63,259 bases of DNA, filler included, from Clostridiaceae bacterium (GCA_012839865.1; 5 parts of 5 records of this genome joined end to end with filler, not necessarily neighbours in it); one strand, 5' to 3'. Counted from the whole stretch's first letter, positions 48,830 to 60,416 are shown. Program-made: numbers and translations. The notes: generated from the letters alone by a model not told the origin.

Positions 48830-50357
48830 TTGTACTGGCCAGTCTGTGGGAAACAAAAATAGCTGTCTTGTCCTTCACAAGTTTATTGAAGTTTTCATAA
48901 ATCTCAGCCTCAGCCAGGGCATCCAGTGATGCTGTCGGTTCATCCAGTATCACCATGTTTGCATCTTTATAAAGCGCTCTTGCAATGGCAAGTTTTTGGC
49001 TTTCACCTCCGGACAATTCTATTCCGTTCTCGTCAATTACTTTAAGCATCATATGCCCGGTTCCCTTGGGCAAGCTTTTTATTTTATCCAAAAGACCAAC
49101 CATATCAAGTACTTTCATAATTTTATCCTCATCTATATTTTCGGAAGTGCATGCGATATTTTCAGCCACCGTATATGCCAGGACGTTTATATCCTGGAAA
49201 ACCACTGAAAACATTGAATATAACTCCTTCTTGTCAAATTCCTTTATTGGAATGCCATTTATCAGTATCTCACCTTCGGTAACATCAAAAAGTCCTGTTA
49301 TAATCTTCACAAGGGTGCTTTTCCCGGCGCCATTGATTCCTACAATTGCCAGCTTTTCACCCTTATTTATTTTCAGGTTGAGATTTTTGAATATGTACAC
49401 ATCGGTATTTGGATACTTGAAGCTGACATTTTTTAATTCAATCTCAAGGGTATTTCCTTTAATTGAAGCTCTTCCTCCTCCTTTTTCGCCCAGGTCCTTA
49501 TCCATAAACTCATAATAATCGTTTGCGTATTGTCCTTCATTGATTATGTATGAAGCATTGTCAATTAATGCTTTCAACTGCAGCGACAGGCTCACAACAG
49601 CAGCCAGGTACATGGAAAAATCCGCAATGGACATACCCTTCAACACTTTGCCGGCCAGTATGCCGTATGTAGCGGCATCACTGGCCAATAAAGTCAGAAG
49701 GCCTGCAAAGCCCAGTAAAAACTCTTTGTTTCTTATCAGCTTATGTATATTGACATAACCCATAATCTCCTTGTTATAATTATTCAAAATCCTTTCTTTT
49801 AAATTGTAAATTCTAATATCCTTGCCGTAGCCAAAATCATGGGTTGTATTGTAATAGTAACCGTATCTTCTTTCCGCATGTGCCAATTCCTCTTTCTTGC
49901 CGTATTGGTAAGTATGTACCTTTCTGTTTATCCACATGACGGTTGCAATATTTAAAATAAGTGATGCCAAAATAAAGATGTTAAGGCTGCCGATAAAAAC
50001 AACCAAAGCAAGTGTAGTAAGGAGCATGGCTCCGCTTTCAAACAGTTTATGATATACTCCCTCAATTCCGTTATTATTGCTGCTTATGGAATCAAATGCC
50101 TTTCCGTTTTTTTCAAAAAAGGTTGCGTCCTCCATGTATTTATAATCAGAACTGATGATTTTATCAAACATGTCTCTGATATAATCAATCCTCAGCAAAG
50201 TAATTCTGGGATACGCAAAGTCATGAGAATAAGTACGGACAAAACCGAAAACTGCAGTCAGGAAAAAATAAAGAGCAATAACAGTAATAATGTACTCCAC
50301 CCTTGCATTGTCCCCAAGTGACAGTTCTCCAATCAGCAATTTGGGCAGTAACACGGA
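48825..50357 (-). pseudogene. ABC exporter (TMD plus ATPase), lacking native N- and C-termini; 3' part of the 1390-aa chimeric ORF
   Basis: LLPKLLI TM start, GINGAGKST, LSGGESQ, LDEPT, SHRL followed by an early stop. Confidence 0.85.
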
Positions 50358-53000
50358 CTCCCTTCCGAGCTTTTTCGCTGCTTCAGGCAACATGAACTGT
50401 ATCCCGGATATGCCTTCAATGAAATATCCCCGGAGCACATCTTGTGTATATTCCATCATTTTCAGACGCTCATAAACCTCCTGCCAGGTAAACCTGCTCT
50501 GTTCCAAAACCAGTATCTCCTTGCAGACAAGACCGTATCTTTGCAGCCACAAGCCAACTTGACAAGGCAGGTCATACACAGGTGAAAAACCGGCAATTTC
50601 CCACCGTCCCATATTTGGTCCTGAAACAATTGCTGCAGCAGCCCTGGCTCGTACCTCCGGTGATTTCAATCTGATTGATTTCTGCCTGTCAAGATACAAT
50701 CTCACAGGCTGAAAGGAATCGTTCACAACCAATCCCCTGACCATAAGTTCTTCCAGGGTATCAACAACTTCGCTGGCAGGCATTTGGGAAAGAGCAGTCA
50801 GGGCATAAGTGAAGGAAGCTCCCCTGGATTTCAGTATTCCATAAAGTACAGCCTGCTTTTCAGTCATTGAGACATCAGATTCTTCTTTTCCTCGTGTTTC
50901 ACTGGCAGTAATGTTTTCCGTACAGAACCATGCCAGGGTGAGATTTTTCTCAGAAGGGTCGCAGGCCGTTCTCCAGAATATCCTGCCGCTATTGCATAAA
51001 ACATCTAAATTTGCAGGAGAGTAACCCTTCATTCTTGCAGGAAAAATTATGCCTTCCCACCAATCGGCAGGCAGGTACAATCCCTCCATTTGTTTTATAA
51101 TATTATAAAGCATCTCGGTCTGGGAAACACCTTTCTTGCCTACCTGCTGCCAAAAGGGCATAAAACAGGCAAGATGGCGGAATCCTTTCGGTTTAACCGC
51201 TTTGGCAGCGCTGTTTATGCTTCTTCTCAGAGCTCTTTCGTATATTGCAAAATGGCAGAAAGCCGGTTCACCATTACCCTTAAAATCTCCGGCTACTATA
51301 AACTTGTCGTTTTTAAGCCTGGAAAGTGCCTGGTCTACAGATTCGCTTTCCATATTATAACGCATTAAAATGTCATCCTTTGTAAATGGGCTGTTGTATC
51401 TTGCAAACCTTCGAAGTATCCTTCCAATTGCCTCATCATGCGTCCAACCGGAAACATCCTCAATATCCGGTGATGGATTATGTTCAATCAGGTTATATTC
51501 GCCCATATCCAGGTTTTCTGCCAGTTTGTACATGAAAGCTTCCTCAACTGCAATCCATTTCATGGTGTTAGTACAAGGATGGGTCAGCCTCATAGCCCTT
51601 CCCCCTCTTTCAAGAAGCATCAACAGGTCCCTCTTGTCCTCTTGGGCCACCATCTCATCGGGCAAATCACCATATGTAAGAAGGAAGGAATGCATTTCAT
51701 TTTCAGACGCAACATCTTTAAGATAATTTGCCACATTGTTTTGATATATTATCTCGGTAAAAATCCTGTCATCCACTTTTGCCTGTTGACTTAAATCCGC
51801 AAGGTCGGGCCTTATGGCCTCCAGACCGGATATTACCTGTCTTTTCGTGTCTCCGGGGTGCCTTGCCTTTTCCTCATACATCATTGTGCCTTTAAACCCC
51901 TGTACCAGTTCTGAAGCAAAAGGAGAAGGATACCAGGATTTGACCTCCACAACCTCTATTTCGCCAGATATTATGTCTTTTATTACCTTTACCGCATTAG
52001 GAATATCAAATATCTGGTCAAGGCACTCACGCATTGTCTCAATAATAAGAGGATGGTTCATATGTTTTTGAGCTGTTTCCAGCGCATCCACCGAGCGAAG
52101 CCGTTGTATCCAAAGGGGCAGGCGTTTTCCCTGCTGCCGTATGCCCATAATTAACGCCCTATAGGCATTGTACCTGAATTGTATGGCAAACCGTGATGTG
52201 CCTGGCAGTTTCCTTAGCATTGTTTCCACTACATCGTCAGGTGACAATAGCCCCATCACATTGCTTAAATTGTCCTGGCTTCCATAAATATGGACCAATA
52301 TTGCATCATTTGTAAAGCCGGTAAATACATTGCATTTTATAGCCTTTTCCAAGGCGTCTTCCAGGAGAATGGCAATGACACTGTTGACTTTGCTTCCGAA
52401 ATGGGAATGGATTATGACTCTCCTGTCTGAAACCTCATCACTCAAGTACTCAACTACAATTTTTCTGTCATTTGAGATGCACCCTAAAGCGTCAACCTGG
52501 TCCATCAGATAATTTTTCAGATTTTCAATACCGGCTTCATCAATGAATGACATTGAAGCCATGTAATCATAAAAATCACCTGATTCCATCATTTTTGAAA
52601 GGTTTTTCAGGAACTTGCCGAATTTTATCCAGGTTTCGTAGGGGGCTCCTATACAGTCTCCCTGCCAGAAAGGGGTCTTTGCTCCAAAAAAAGTGCTTGA
52701 GGGTCTTACCAAAACGCGGTCCCTCTCAATTTTAACCAGCTTCCAGGCAGAGCTTCCAAGCATTAACCTGTCCCCTATCCTTGCTTCGAAAACAAATACC
52801 TCATCCAGTTCACCAATTTTCGTTCTATAGTCTTCAAGATATACAGGGTAATACCCCCTGTCCGGTATGGTTCCGCCGCTGCTTACCGCAAGCATTCTGC
52901 TGTATGTATTCCCTTCAATGGTTCCTTCCTGCCTGTTCCAGATTATTCTGGGCTTTGCCGGTATATCCTCCATATGCTCGTAATCCCCGGCAAGCATCGA
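50358..53000 (-). CDS. lhr: Lhr helicase, C-terminal half (5' end cut by the gap), fused in frame to the ABC exporter
   Basis: SSGGTIPDRG, IGELDEVFV, LGSSAWK, PSPFA, GYFIEG..G.QF.LPEA. Confidence 0.85.
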
Positions 53001-53100
53001 NNNNNNNNNNNNNNNNNNNNNNNNNNNNNNNNNNNNNNNNNNNNTTAATTAATTAANNNNNNNNNNNNNNNNNNNNNNNNNNNNNNNNNNNNNNNNNNNN
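53001..53100. other. Artificial contig spacer
   Basis: N44-TTAATTAATTAA-N44. Confidence 0.98.
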
Positions 53101-54078
53101 ATTATAAACCCGTCAGGAGAAGTATTGCTTAACGTAGGTCAAAAAGTAGGCGTGTATTATTATAGTACTGATTTTTCAGAAAAAAGAAAAAGAAACGCAA
53201 GCTTTAACCAGCCCATATTGATGGATTCGAGAACTATTCTGGAAAAAAATCGCAGACCCAATGTATATAGATTGGCTGGCCCCTGGATCAAACCAGACAA
53301 TCATAAAGCACCATACCCAAGGGTTATTTCCCACAGGGGATTCAACACAATTGCCCCTGAAAACACAATGCCTGCATTTGCTGCTGCAGTAGCATTGGGT
53401 GCAGATGAAATTGAATTGGATGTTTGGCCATCAAGGGATGGAGAACTTATTGTGTGCCATGACAGGACCGTTGACAGAACTTCCAATGGGAAGGGTCTTA
53501 TTTCGGAGCTGACCTGTAAAGAAATAATGGAACTTGATGCCGGCTCGTGGTTTGATAAACGTTTTGAAGGCCTGAAGTATTCGACTTTGGAGGAAATTTT
53601 AAAAACATTTGCTGGGCAGATAATTATTAATTTGCATATAAAATCACATAATAAAGCAAAAAGCTATGACGAAACTCTTATGAAAAGAATAATCCGTCTG
53701 ATTGACAAGTATCAATGCAGGGATTACCTGTATGCGGCTGGTGCAGCGGATGTATTGGAGACGCTTGTAAAAATAGATGATAAAATCGAGCGTTGCTGCC
53801 TGGAAGGATACAATGATTTTACCATGGTTGACAAAGCAATTTTTTATAAATGCGGAAAATTCCAGTTTACTTCCACATTTTTCAACAGGGATATGATTGA
53901 AAAGGCTCATAAGAACAATATCTGGTGCAATCTTTTTGAATCCGATGTGCCAGAGGAGACTATTGCTTATTTGCAAATGGGAATTGATTCGATTTTAACA
54001 AACGACCTGATAAAAAATATGAAAGCAGTAAGATGTTTCAGGTCAGGTAGGATGGAGGGGAACTCTTCCGGTGTTTAA
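53101..54078 (+). CDS. Glycerophosphodiester phosphodiesterase, 5'-partial, preceded in frame by a carbon-nitrogen hydrolase-like C-terminus
   Basis: SHRG, PENT, ELDV, VCHD, DSILTN; frame open from 53101 with IINPSGEVL and RRPNVY. Confidence 0.85.
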   Translation: MINPSGEVLLNVGQKVGVYYYSTDFSEKRKRNASFNQPILMDSRTILEKNRRPNVYRLAGPWIKPDNHKAPYPRVISHRGFNTIAPENTMPAFAAAVALGADEIELDVWPSRDGELIVCHDRTVDRTSNGKGLISELTCKEIMELDAGSWFDKRFEGLKYSTLEEILKTFAGQIIINLHIKSHNKAKSYDETLMKRIIRLIDKYQCRDYLYAAGAADVLETLVKIDDKIERCCLEGYNDFTMVDKAIFYKCGKFQFTSTFFNRDMIEKAHKNNIWCNLFESDVPEETIAYLQMGIDSILTNDLIKNMKAVRCFRSGRMEGNSSGV

Positions 54079-54976
54079 TGATACGTTGAAATATTTAAGG
54101 CGCAAAGGTGCATTGTATCTGTTTATTATACCTTCAATGGTTTATATGGTTATTTTTAAGTATATCCCCATGTATGGAGTGAGGATTGCATTTATGGATT
54201 ATCTTCCAGGAATGAAGGCTGACCGCATAAAATGGGTCGGGATGAAGCATTTCATCTCATTCTGGGAATCAATATATTTCAAAAGAGTTGTATTCAATAC
54301 ATTATCAATTACGGTACCATCCCTTATAGTGGGGACAGCCATACCTATATTACTGGCTATACTATTTCATCAATCAACCTCAAAAATGTTAAAGGGTTTA
54401 GGGCAAAACCTGACATATCTGCCGCATTTTATATCTACCGTGGTTTTTGTCACAATGATCAATCTTTTTTTGTCAAAGGAAGGAGTCATCAATTCGTTTC
54501 TGGCATTCATGGGGTTCGAAAAAATTCAGTTTTTGGCCAAAGCGAACTTGTTCAGTTCTATTTATGTAATTACAGGTGTTTGGAAATCTATGGGATGGAA
54601 TTCTATTATGTATTATGCAAGCCTGACCTCTGTAAATCCTGAGCTGTATGAAGCCGCAAGTATTGACGGAGCAAGCAAGATGCAGAAAATACGCTATATA
54701 GATATCCCATCAATACTCCCTGTTGTTATTGTTATGCTTATCCTCAGCACAGGGCATCTGATGGATTTGGGATATGAAAGAGTATACCTAATGCAAAACT
54801 CACTTAATATAAGCAAATCTGAGGTTATTTCCACTTTTGTTTATAAACGTGGAATTGTAAATATGAAATACAGTTTTTCTGCTGCAGTAGGTTTGTTCAA
54901 TTCGGTTATCAACCTGTTTTTGCTTATAGGTGCAAATACTTTGGCCCGGAAAGTTTCAGAAGAAAGCTTATGGTAA
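54071..54976 (+). CDS. Carbohydrate-type (CUT1) ABC permease
   Basis: YLPHFIS, EAA motif LYEAASIDGAS, SEVISTFVY. Confidence 0.93.
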   Translation: MFNDTLKYLRRKGALYLFIIPSMVYMVIFKYIPMYGVRIAFMDYLPGMKADRIKWVGMKHFISFWESIYFKRVVFNTLSITVPSLIVGTAIPILLAILFHQSTSKMLKGLGQNLTYLPHFISTVVFVTMINLFLSKEGVINSFLAFMGFEKIQFLAKANLFSSIYVITGVWKSMGWNSIMYYASLTSVNPELYEAASIDGASKMQKIRYIDIPSILPVVIVMLILSTGHLMDLGYERVYLMQNSLNISKSEVISTFVYKRGIVNMKYSFSAAVGLFNSVINLFLLIGANTLARKVSEESLW

Positions 54977-54990
54977 TGGGGGTAAATTGA

Positions 54991-55866
54991 ATGAAAAATA
55001 ATAAGGCATGCAACATAAATAAAATTACTGCACTTGGATCGGTAGTAAAAGTACCTGTGAACAGAACAAGGGCATATAACTCAGATACAATAACAGAAAT
55101 AATCATTCGGGCCCTATTGATTATTACAATACTTTTGGTCGGATATCCCTTGTACAACATAGTTGTTTACTCAATAAGCGATCCTGTTGAAGTTAACATG
55201 GGTAGAGTTATATTCTGGCCAAGGGGAATAAATTTTGGCGGTTATGTCCGGGTTTTAAAGGATCCTGCGATTATCAGAAGTTTTTTTAACACAATAAAAA
55301 TCATGGTATTGGGAACTGCAATAAACATATTCCTTACAGTACCCACTGGCTATGCGCTTTCACGCAAGGATTTAAAGGGAAATAAATATATATTGTGGAT
55401 TTACCTTTTTACAATGTTTTTTTCAGGGGGACTCATACCGACCTTTCTGGTGGTACAGAGTCTTGGGCTTATGGATACATATCTTGCCGTAGTGCTACCC
55501 GGAGCTATGAGTGTCTGGAACATGATAGTATGCAGGACTTTCTTCAAAAGTAACTTGTCAGATGAAGTCCTGGAATCAGCATACATTGACGGAGCAGGGG
55601 AAATAAGAACATTCCTGCAGATAGCTTTGCCTCTTTCAAAAACAATTGTTGCACTTATGGTTTTTTACTATTCAATAGGCCATTGGAACGGGTATTTCAA
55701 TGCAATGATATATTTGAGTACCAGAAGCAAATATCCGCTGCAGTTGGTTATGCGCAGAATACACCTTCAAAGTGAGATTTCTGAAGCAATGACCGAATCC
55801 GGGGATGATATTACAAATATGTACCAGATAGCTGGAATGATTAGGTATGCATTGGTTGTCATTGCA
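54991..55866 (+). CDS. Second CUT1 ABC permease, lacking its C-terminus and fused in frame to EutB
   Basis: TMFFSGGLIP, ESAYIDGAGE, HWNGYF, YPLQ. Confidence 0.88.
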
Positions 55867-56985
55867 ATTATTTTTAATGAAATAAAAGACATGACCGTAG
55901 GTGAATTCAGGGAGTTCCTTCTAAGTCACGATACAACCGGAGGGGACATCAGAAGGATAAGCAGAGGCTTGACAGGTGAAATGGCTGCCGCAGTTGCCAA
56001 ACTCATGTCAAACATGGATCTAGTTTATGCAGCAAAAAAAATAAATGTTCAGGGACAGTGCAATACTGTAATAGGTCTTCCGGGAACACTGTCCTGCAGG
56101 CTCCAGCCAAATCATCCCACAGACAGTGTTGAAGGAGTCCTTTCATCAATCAGGGAAGGACTGTCATATGGAGCGGGTGATGCCATGATTGGCATTAATC
56201 CAGTAGAGGACAGTGTGCCAAATGTAAGCAGACTGCTTAATGCTGTTTATAATTTTATCGGTGAATGGAAGATACCTACACAACATTGCGTGCTGGCCCA
56301 CATTATAACACAAATGAAGGCACTTGAAGGCGGGGCCAGGACATCTCTTCTTTTTCAAAGCATAGCAGGTTCCGAAAAGGGCAACCGGGCCTTCGGAATA
56401 AATGTCGGAATCCTTAAGGAAGCCATGGATATGGCGCTTAAACTTGGAACAGGCACAGGTCCTAATGTCATGTATTTTGAGACGGGACAGGGTTCGGAAC
56501 TTTCTTCCGGGTCCCACAACAATGCAGACCAGGTAGTTTTGGAAGCCAGATGCTATGGGCTTGCCAGGCAGTTTAAACCATTCCTTGTAAATACAGTGGT
56601 GGGATTTATCGGGCCGGAATACCTTTATGACAGCAAGCAGGTAATAAGGGCAAGTCTGGAGGACCACTTCATGGGGAAACTTATGGGTGTGCCCATGGGG
56701 GTTGATGCCTGCTATACAAATCATATGAAAGCTGACCAGAACGACATTGAAAATATGGCAGTTCTGTTGGCGGTGGCTGGAATTAATTATTTCATGGGGC
56801 TTCCTATGGGCGATGACATTATGCTCAATTATCAAAGCACCAGCTTTCATGATATAGCAGCTTTGAGGAGTGTTACAGGTCTGAGGCCTGCACCGGAATT
56901 TGAAAAATGGCTAGAAAAAATGGGTATTATGGAAAATGGCAGGCTGACAAAAAGAGCAGGGGATGCTTCCTTGTTTACGGGATGA
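55867..56985 (+). CDS. eutB: Ethanolamine ammonia-lyase large subunit, N-terminally truncated; 3' part of the 664-aa chimeric ORF
   Basis: TVGEFREF, RLQPNHPTD, FQSIAGS, YFETGQG, VVGFIGPEY, DHFMGKL. Confidence 0.93.
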   Translation: MIFNEIKDMTVGEFREFLLSHDTTGGDIRRISRGLTGEMAAAVAKLMSNMDLVYAAKKINVQGQCNTVIGLPGTLSCRLQPNHPTDSVEGVLSSIREGLSYGAGDAMIGINPVEDSVPNVSRLLNAVYNFIGEWKIPTQHCVLAHIITQMKALEGGARTSLLFQSIAGSEKGNRAFGINVGILKEAMDMALKLGTGTGPNVMYFETGQGSELSSGSHNNADQVVLEARCYGLARQFKPFLVNTVVGFIGPEYLYDSKQVIRASLEDHFMGKLMGVPMGVDACYTNHMKADQNDIENMAVLLAVAGINYFMGLPMGDDIMLNYQSTSFHDIAALRSVTGLRPAPEFEKWLEKMGIMENGRLTKRAGDASLFTG

Positions 56986-57002
56986 TCTAGGGGGGTGTGA
57001 AA

Positions 57003-57878
57003 ATGGTAAATGAGGATTTGATTGCGAGGATTGTCAAAGCAGTATTTGCTGAACTAAATGCAGATAAGGAGCCTGAAAAAATTGAGTCTGTCAATAAGGT
57101 CACCAAAAATGATGAAGAGGAAATTGCAGAGTTTTCAAACATAGAAGAACAGGACCGCCTTAAGGTTCCCATGCCCAAAAATGAAAAGGCCTTGAGAAGC
57201 TTCTTAAAGAGCACTGATGCAAGAATCGGGGTATGGAGAGTCGGGGACAGGCCTCTGACCGGAAGCTTGCTGAAATTTCGGGCAGATCATGCTGCAGCTG
57301 TCGATGCTGTTTTCAATGATGTAAGTGAAGAGCTGGTGGATCGGCTTGGAGTGGTCAAAATCCAAACAATGGTGAAAGACAGGGATGAATTTCTGACAAG
57401 GCCTGATCTAGGAAGGATGATAGATGAGACTGTAAGGAAGGAGCTAATGGAAAAATGCAAGATAAAACCACAGCTTCAGGTAATAATAGCCGACGGTTTA
57501 AGTTCCAGGGCTATTGAAGCCAATATCGAAGACTTGCTTCACGCCTTGTCCCAAGGGCTGGATATCTGTGGCGTTGAACAAGGCACTCCTGTTTTTGTAA
57601 AATATGGACGTGTCGGGGTGATGGATATAATAGGGGAAACCCTGAATGCTGAAGCGGCAATAATATTTATCGGGGAACGGCCCGGGCTTACCACTTCTGA
57701 AAGCATGAGCGCTTACATTTCATACAAGCCCGACAGGGCAAATGAAGAGTCCAACCGAACAGTGTTGTCCAATATCCACAGGGGCGGAACCCCTCCTGCG
57801 GAAGCAGGTGCATGTATAGCAACGGTTGTTAAAAAAATACTTGACAAAAAGGCAAGTGGCATTAATTTAAAAGATTAA
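57003..57878 (+). CDS. eutC: Ethanolamine ammonia-lyase small subunit
   Basis: TDARIGV.R.G, FRADHA, TRPDLGR, DGLSS, GERPGL, SNIHRGG. Confidence 0.95.
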   Translation: MVNEDLIARIVKAVFAELNADKEPEKIESVNKVTKNDEEEIAEFSNIEEQDRLKVPMPKNEKALRSFLKSTDARIGVWRVGDRPLTGSLLKFRADHAAAVDAVFNDVSEELVDRLGVVKIQTMVKDRDEFLTRPDLGRMIDETVRKELMEKCKIKPQLQVIIADGLSSRAIEANIEDLLHALSQGLDICGVEQGTPVFVKYGRVGVMDIIGETLNAEAAIIFIGERPGLTTSESMSAYISYKPDRANEESNRTVLSNIHRGGTPPAEAGACIATVVKKILDKKASGINLKD

Positions 57879-58071
57879 TGACTTTGAACAAATATAGCAA
57901 AATAGTATATATTTATTGGTAATGAAGCATTTGTCAGGGCTTGGTGTACATTTAAAGGTAACTCTTTTTAGCAAAATAAAATGTTGTGCAAAACAGTTCA
58001 AATTACGTTATATAAACTAAATAAAATGCTTTGGAAAATGCTTATATTTTTTTAATACATATTAGAAAAGA

Positions 58072-59043
58072 GTGAAATATATGAAAAAGTCCGGACAGTC
58101 AGTATTCTACAGCGAAGGTAATTGGTACAAAAGAAATTTGCATACCCATACCACAAGATCGGACGGCAAATCTTCGGTGGAAGAGATATTGACCGGGTAT
58201 AAGAAAAGTGGTTATGATTTCATCTCTATTACTGACCACCTTATTTATGAGGATTATCAGCATCTTAACGAAAGCAATTTTATAACCATCCCAGGAACTG
58301 AAATTCATTTCAGACATCCCAAATCTGCTGTGCATATAAACTTCATATTGGGCACCGATGAAATGATAAAAGAGGGAAAGGGGGAAAAAATAGCAAAATC
58401 CGAACGATATCCGCTCCTTGAAACTCAGGGAGATTTAAGGGTAATACAGAAAGTGATCGATGATATGTGTTCCCGGGGTTTCATTGCCATTATCAACCAC
58501 CCGGCATGGTCTTATATGGAGCCACAGGAAATTGCTGATCTTCACGGATTTACTGCAATTGAAGCATATAACAGCGGATGCGGTGTTTATGCCAACACAG
58601 GTTATGCGAATATTTTCTGGGACAATTTGTTAAGGCGCGGTATAAATATGTGGGGTGTTGCGGCAGATGACACACACACTTTCCACCCCCTTGGAGATTA
58701 CTGCAGTGAAGCTTATAGAGGATGGATCATGGTAAAGGCCGCTTCCCTTACACGCAATGATATTATGAAAGCTATTTTGGATGGAAGCTTTTATGCCACC
58801 CAGGGTCCCGAAATACATGAGTTTGAAATCAAGGACGGTCATGTGGTGTTCAGGTGTTCCCCCGTGGAAAAAATTTATTTTGCCAAGGGGAAGGGTCCTG
58901 CACTGGGCAAGCTTTCCTCACAGAATGTAGACACCCTGACAGAATTTGAATACAAGCTTAAGGGCGACGAGTTGTATGTAAGGGGAGAATGCATAGACAG
59001 CAAGGGTAGAAGGGCTTATACGAATCCTATTTTTTTGAAATGA
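58072..59043 (+). CDS. PHP-fold metallohydrolase (CehA/McbA-like)
   Basis: NLHTHTTRSDG, ITDH, INHP, ADDTH. Confidence 0.88.
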   Translation: MKYMKKSGQSVFYSEGNWYKRNLHTHTTRSDGKSSVEEILTGYKKSGYDFISITDHLIYEDYQHLNESNFITIPGTEIHFRHPKSAVHINFILGTDEMIKEGKGEKIAKSERYPLLETQGDLRVIQKVIDDMCSRGFIAIINHPAWSYMEPQEIADLHGFTAIEAYNSGCGVYANTGYANIFWDNLLRRGINMWGVAADDTHTFHPLGDYCSEAYRGWIMVKAASLTRNDIMKAILDGSFYATQGPEIHEFEIKDGHVVFRCSPVEKIYFAKGKGPALGKLSSQNVDTLTEFEYKLKGDELYVRGECIDSKGRRAYTNPIFLK

Positions 59044-59164
59044 TGATTCTGAATGGATTCTGACAAAGACTCAGCTCTGTTCAATCGAAACCTCAATTTC
59101 GAAAAATGTCTGGAAAGGACGCAATAGATAATGGATCTCTTCCCTTTGCGTAATGATAAAACCA

Positions 59165-60339
59165 ATGAATAAGGCAAATACCGTTTCTCCACGATACACC
59201 CTTATTACCTGCACTGCAGCTTATGCATCGATTTACCTTGCCTGACACAACCTGTCCATTGCCTCTACGCTTCTTACAGGCATCGGCCATATGACTTTAA
59301 TGGAAATCGGACTCATGGGAAGCATATTCTTCGTGTTTTACTCTGCAGGACGATTTATCAACGGGTATATTGGCGATGCTATTTCACCTAAAAAATCGCT
59401 ATTTGCAGGGTTGACTCTTGTTGCAGTGACAAACATTTGTATTGGTTTTCTCCCTTCTGCTTCAGTTATCATTTGTTTATGGGGTATCAATGCTGCGGCT
59501 CAGTCTATGTTATGGGGAGCCTCACTGCGGTTGGTCAGTGAATCATATAAGGACTCTCCCCACAGCAGGTTGGCTGCTGTTGTCTTGTCAACCAGCATTG
59601 GATCAGGCAGCCTATTGGCAATTGTCATATCCTCATTATTGGCTAAAGTCGGGCTGTGGTCACTATTTGCCGTTCCCGGCTTAATTGTTGCTGGTATTTG
59701 TATTTTGGTACTGCTTTTGCAGGAGAAAAACATTGGAATACATCAGAATGACATGCGACAAACCTTTCAGCTTTTAAAGAAAAAAGAGATTCTATATATG
59801 TTGTTTCCGGCCTTTGCCCACGGGATGATCAAGGAAAATTTGCTGCTTTGGGCACCTACGCTGTTTCTTGGCATGTATGAAATCGATCTTGAAAACGCAG
59901 CATTGTTTGTTTTTATGATGCCTGTTACTGTGTTGTTGGGACGTGTGTCATATCCTGTTGCCGAGCGTATGTGTTCAGGTGACGAAAAGCGCTTGAGCAT
60001 AATTGCTTTCGGATTTTGCATTTTTTTCATTGCTCCATTTTTTCTTGCAAACCTTCCAGTAGTGCTTGCAGCCATTCTTTTAGCATTGCGATGCAGGGGG
60101 TTTCAATCATAAATGTTGCATTTATGGCGGTCCATCCGATGCGGTATGGAGGCAGCGGTCAGATATCCATGGTGGCCGGATTGCTGGATGGCACTTCCTA
60201 CATAGGTTCTTCAACAGGCTCAGCGCTTTTTGCATGGATTATCATCCATTCCGGGTATACTCCCATGCTTGGTGTTTACATTTTCATTTGCATGGTATCA
60301 ATCGGCTCCATTTTGCCATTGGTGAGAAAGAGGGTGTAA
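59165..60339 (+). pseudogene. MFS transporter, OPA (GlpT/UhpT-like) family, with nonsense codon at 59243 and frameshift near 60080
   Basis: ATG 59165 in frame: YASIYLA*HNLSIA (TGA where Arg is expected), GRFINGYIGD; C-terminus continues in a second frame. Confidence 0.8.
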
Positions 60340-60368
60340 AGTAATATTCTAAGTTAAAAAATTTTCTC

Positions 60369-60397
60369 TTGACTAGCTAACCTTTTTGCTCTATACT
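60369..60397 (+). promoter_or_regulatory. Sigma-A promoter of the tRNA cluster
   Basis: TTGACT-17 bp-TATACT. Confidence 0.75.
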
Positions 60398-60416
60398 AAT
60401 ACTTGCGCTTGCAAGG

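Noticed and set aside
44910..54078. GlpA-like operon and GDPD cluster as one locus
   Set aside because: They are on different contigs separated by artificial spacers.
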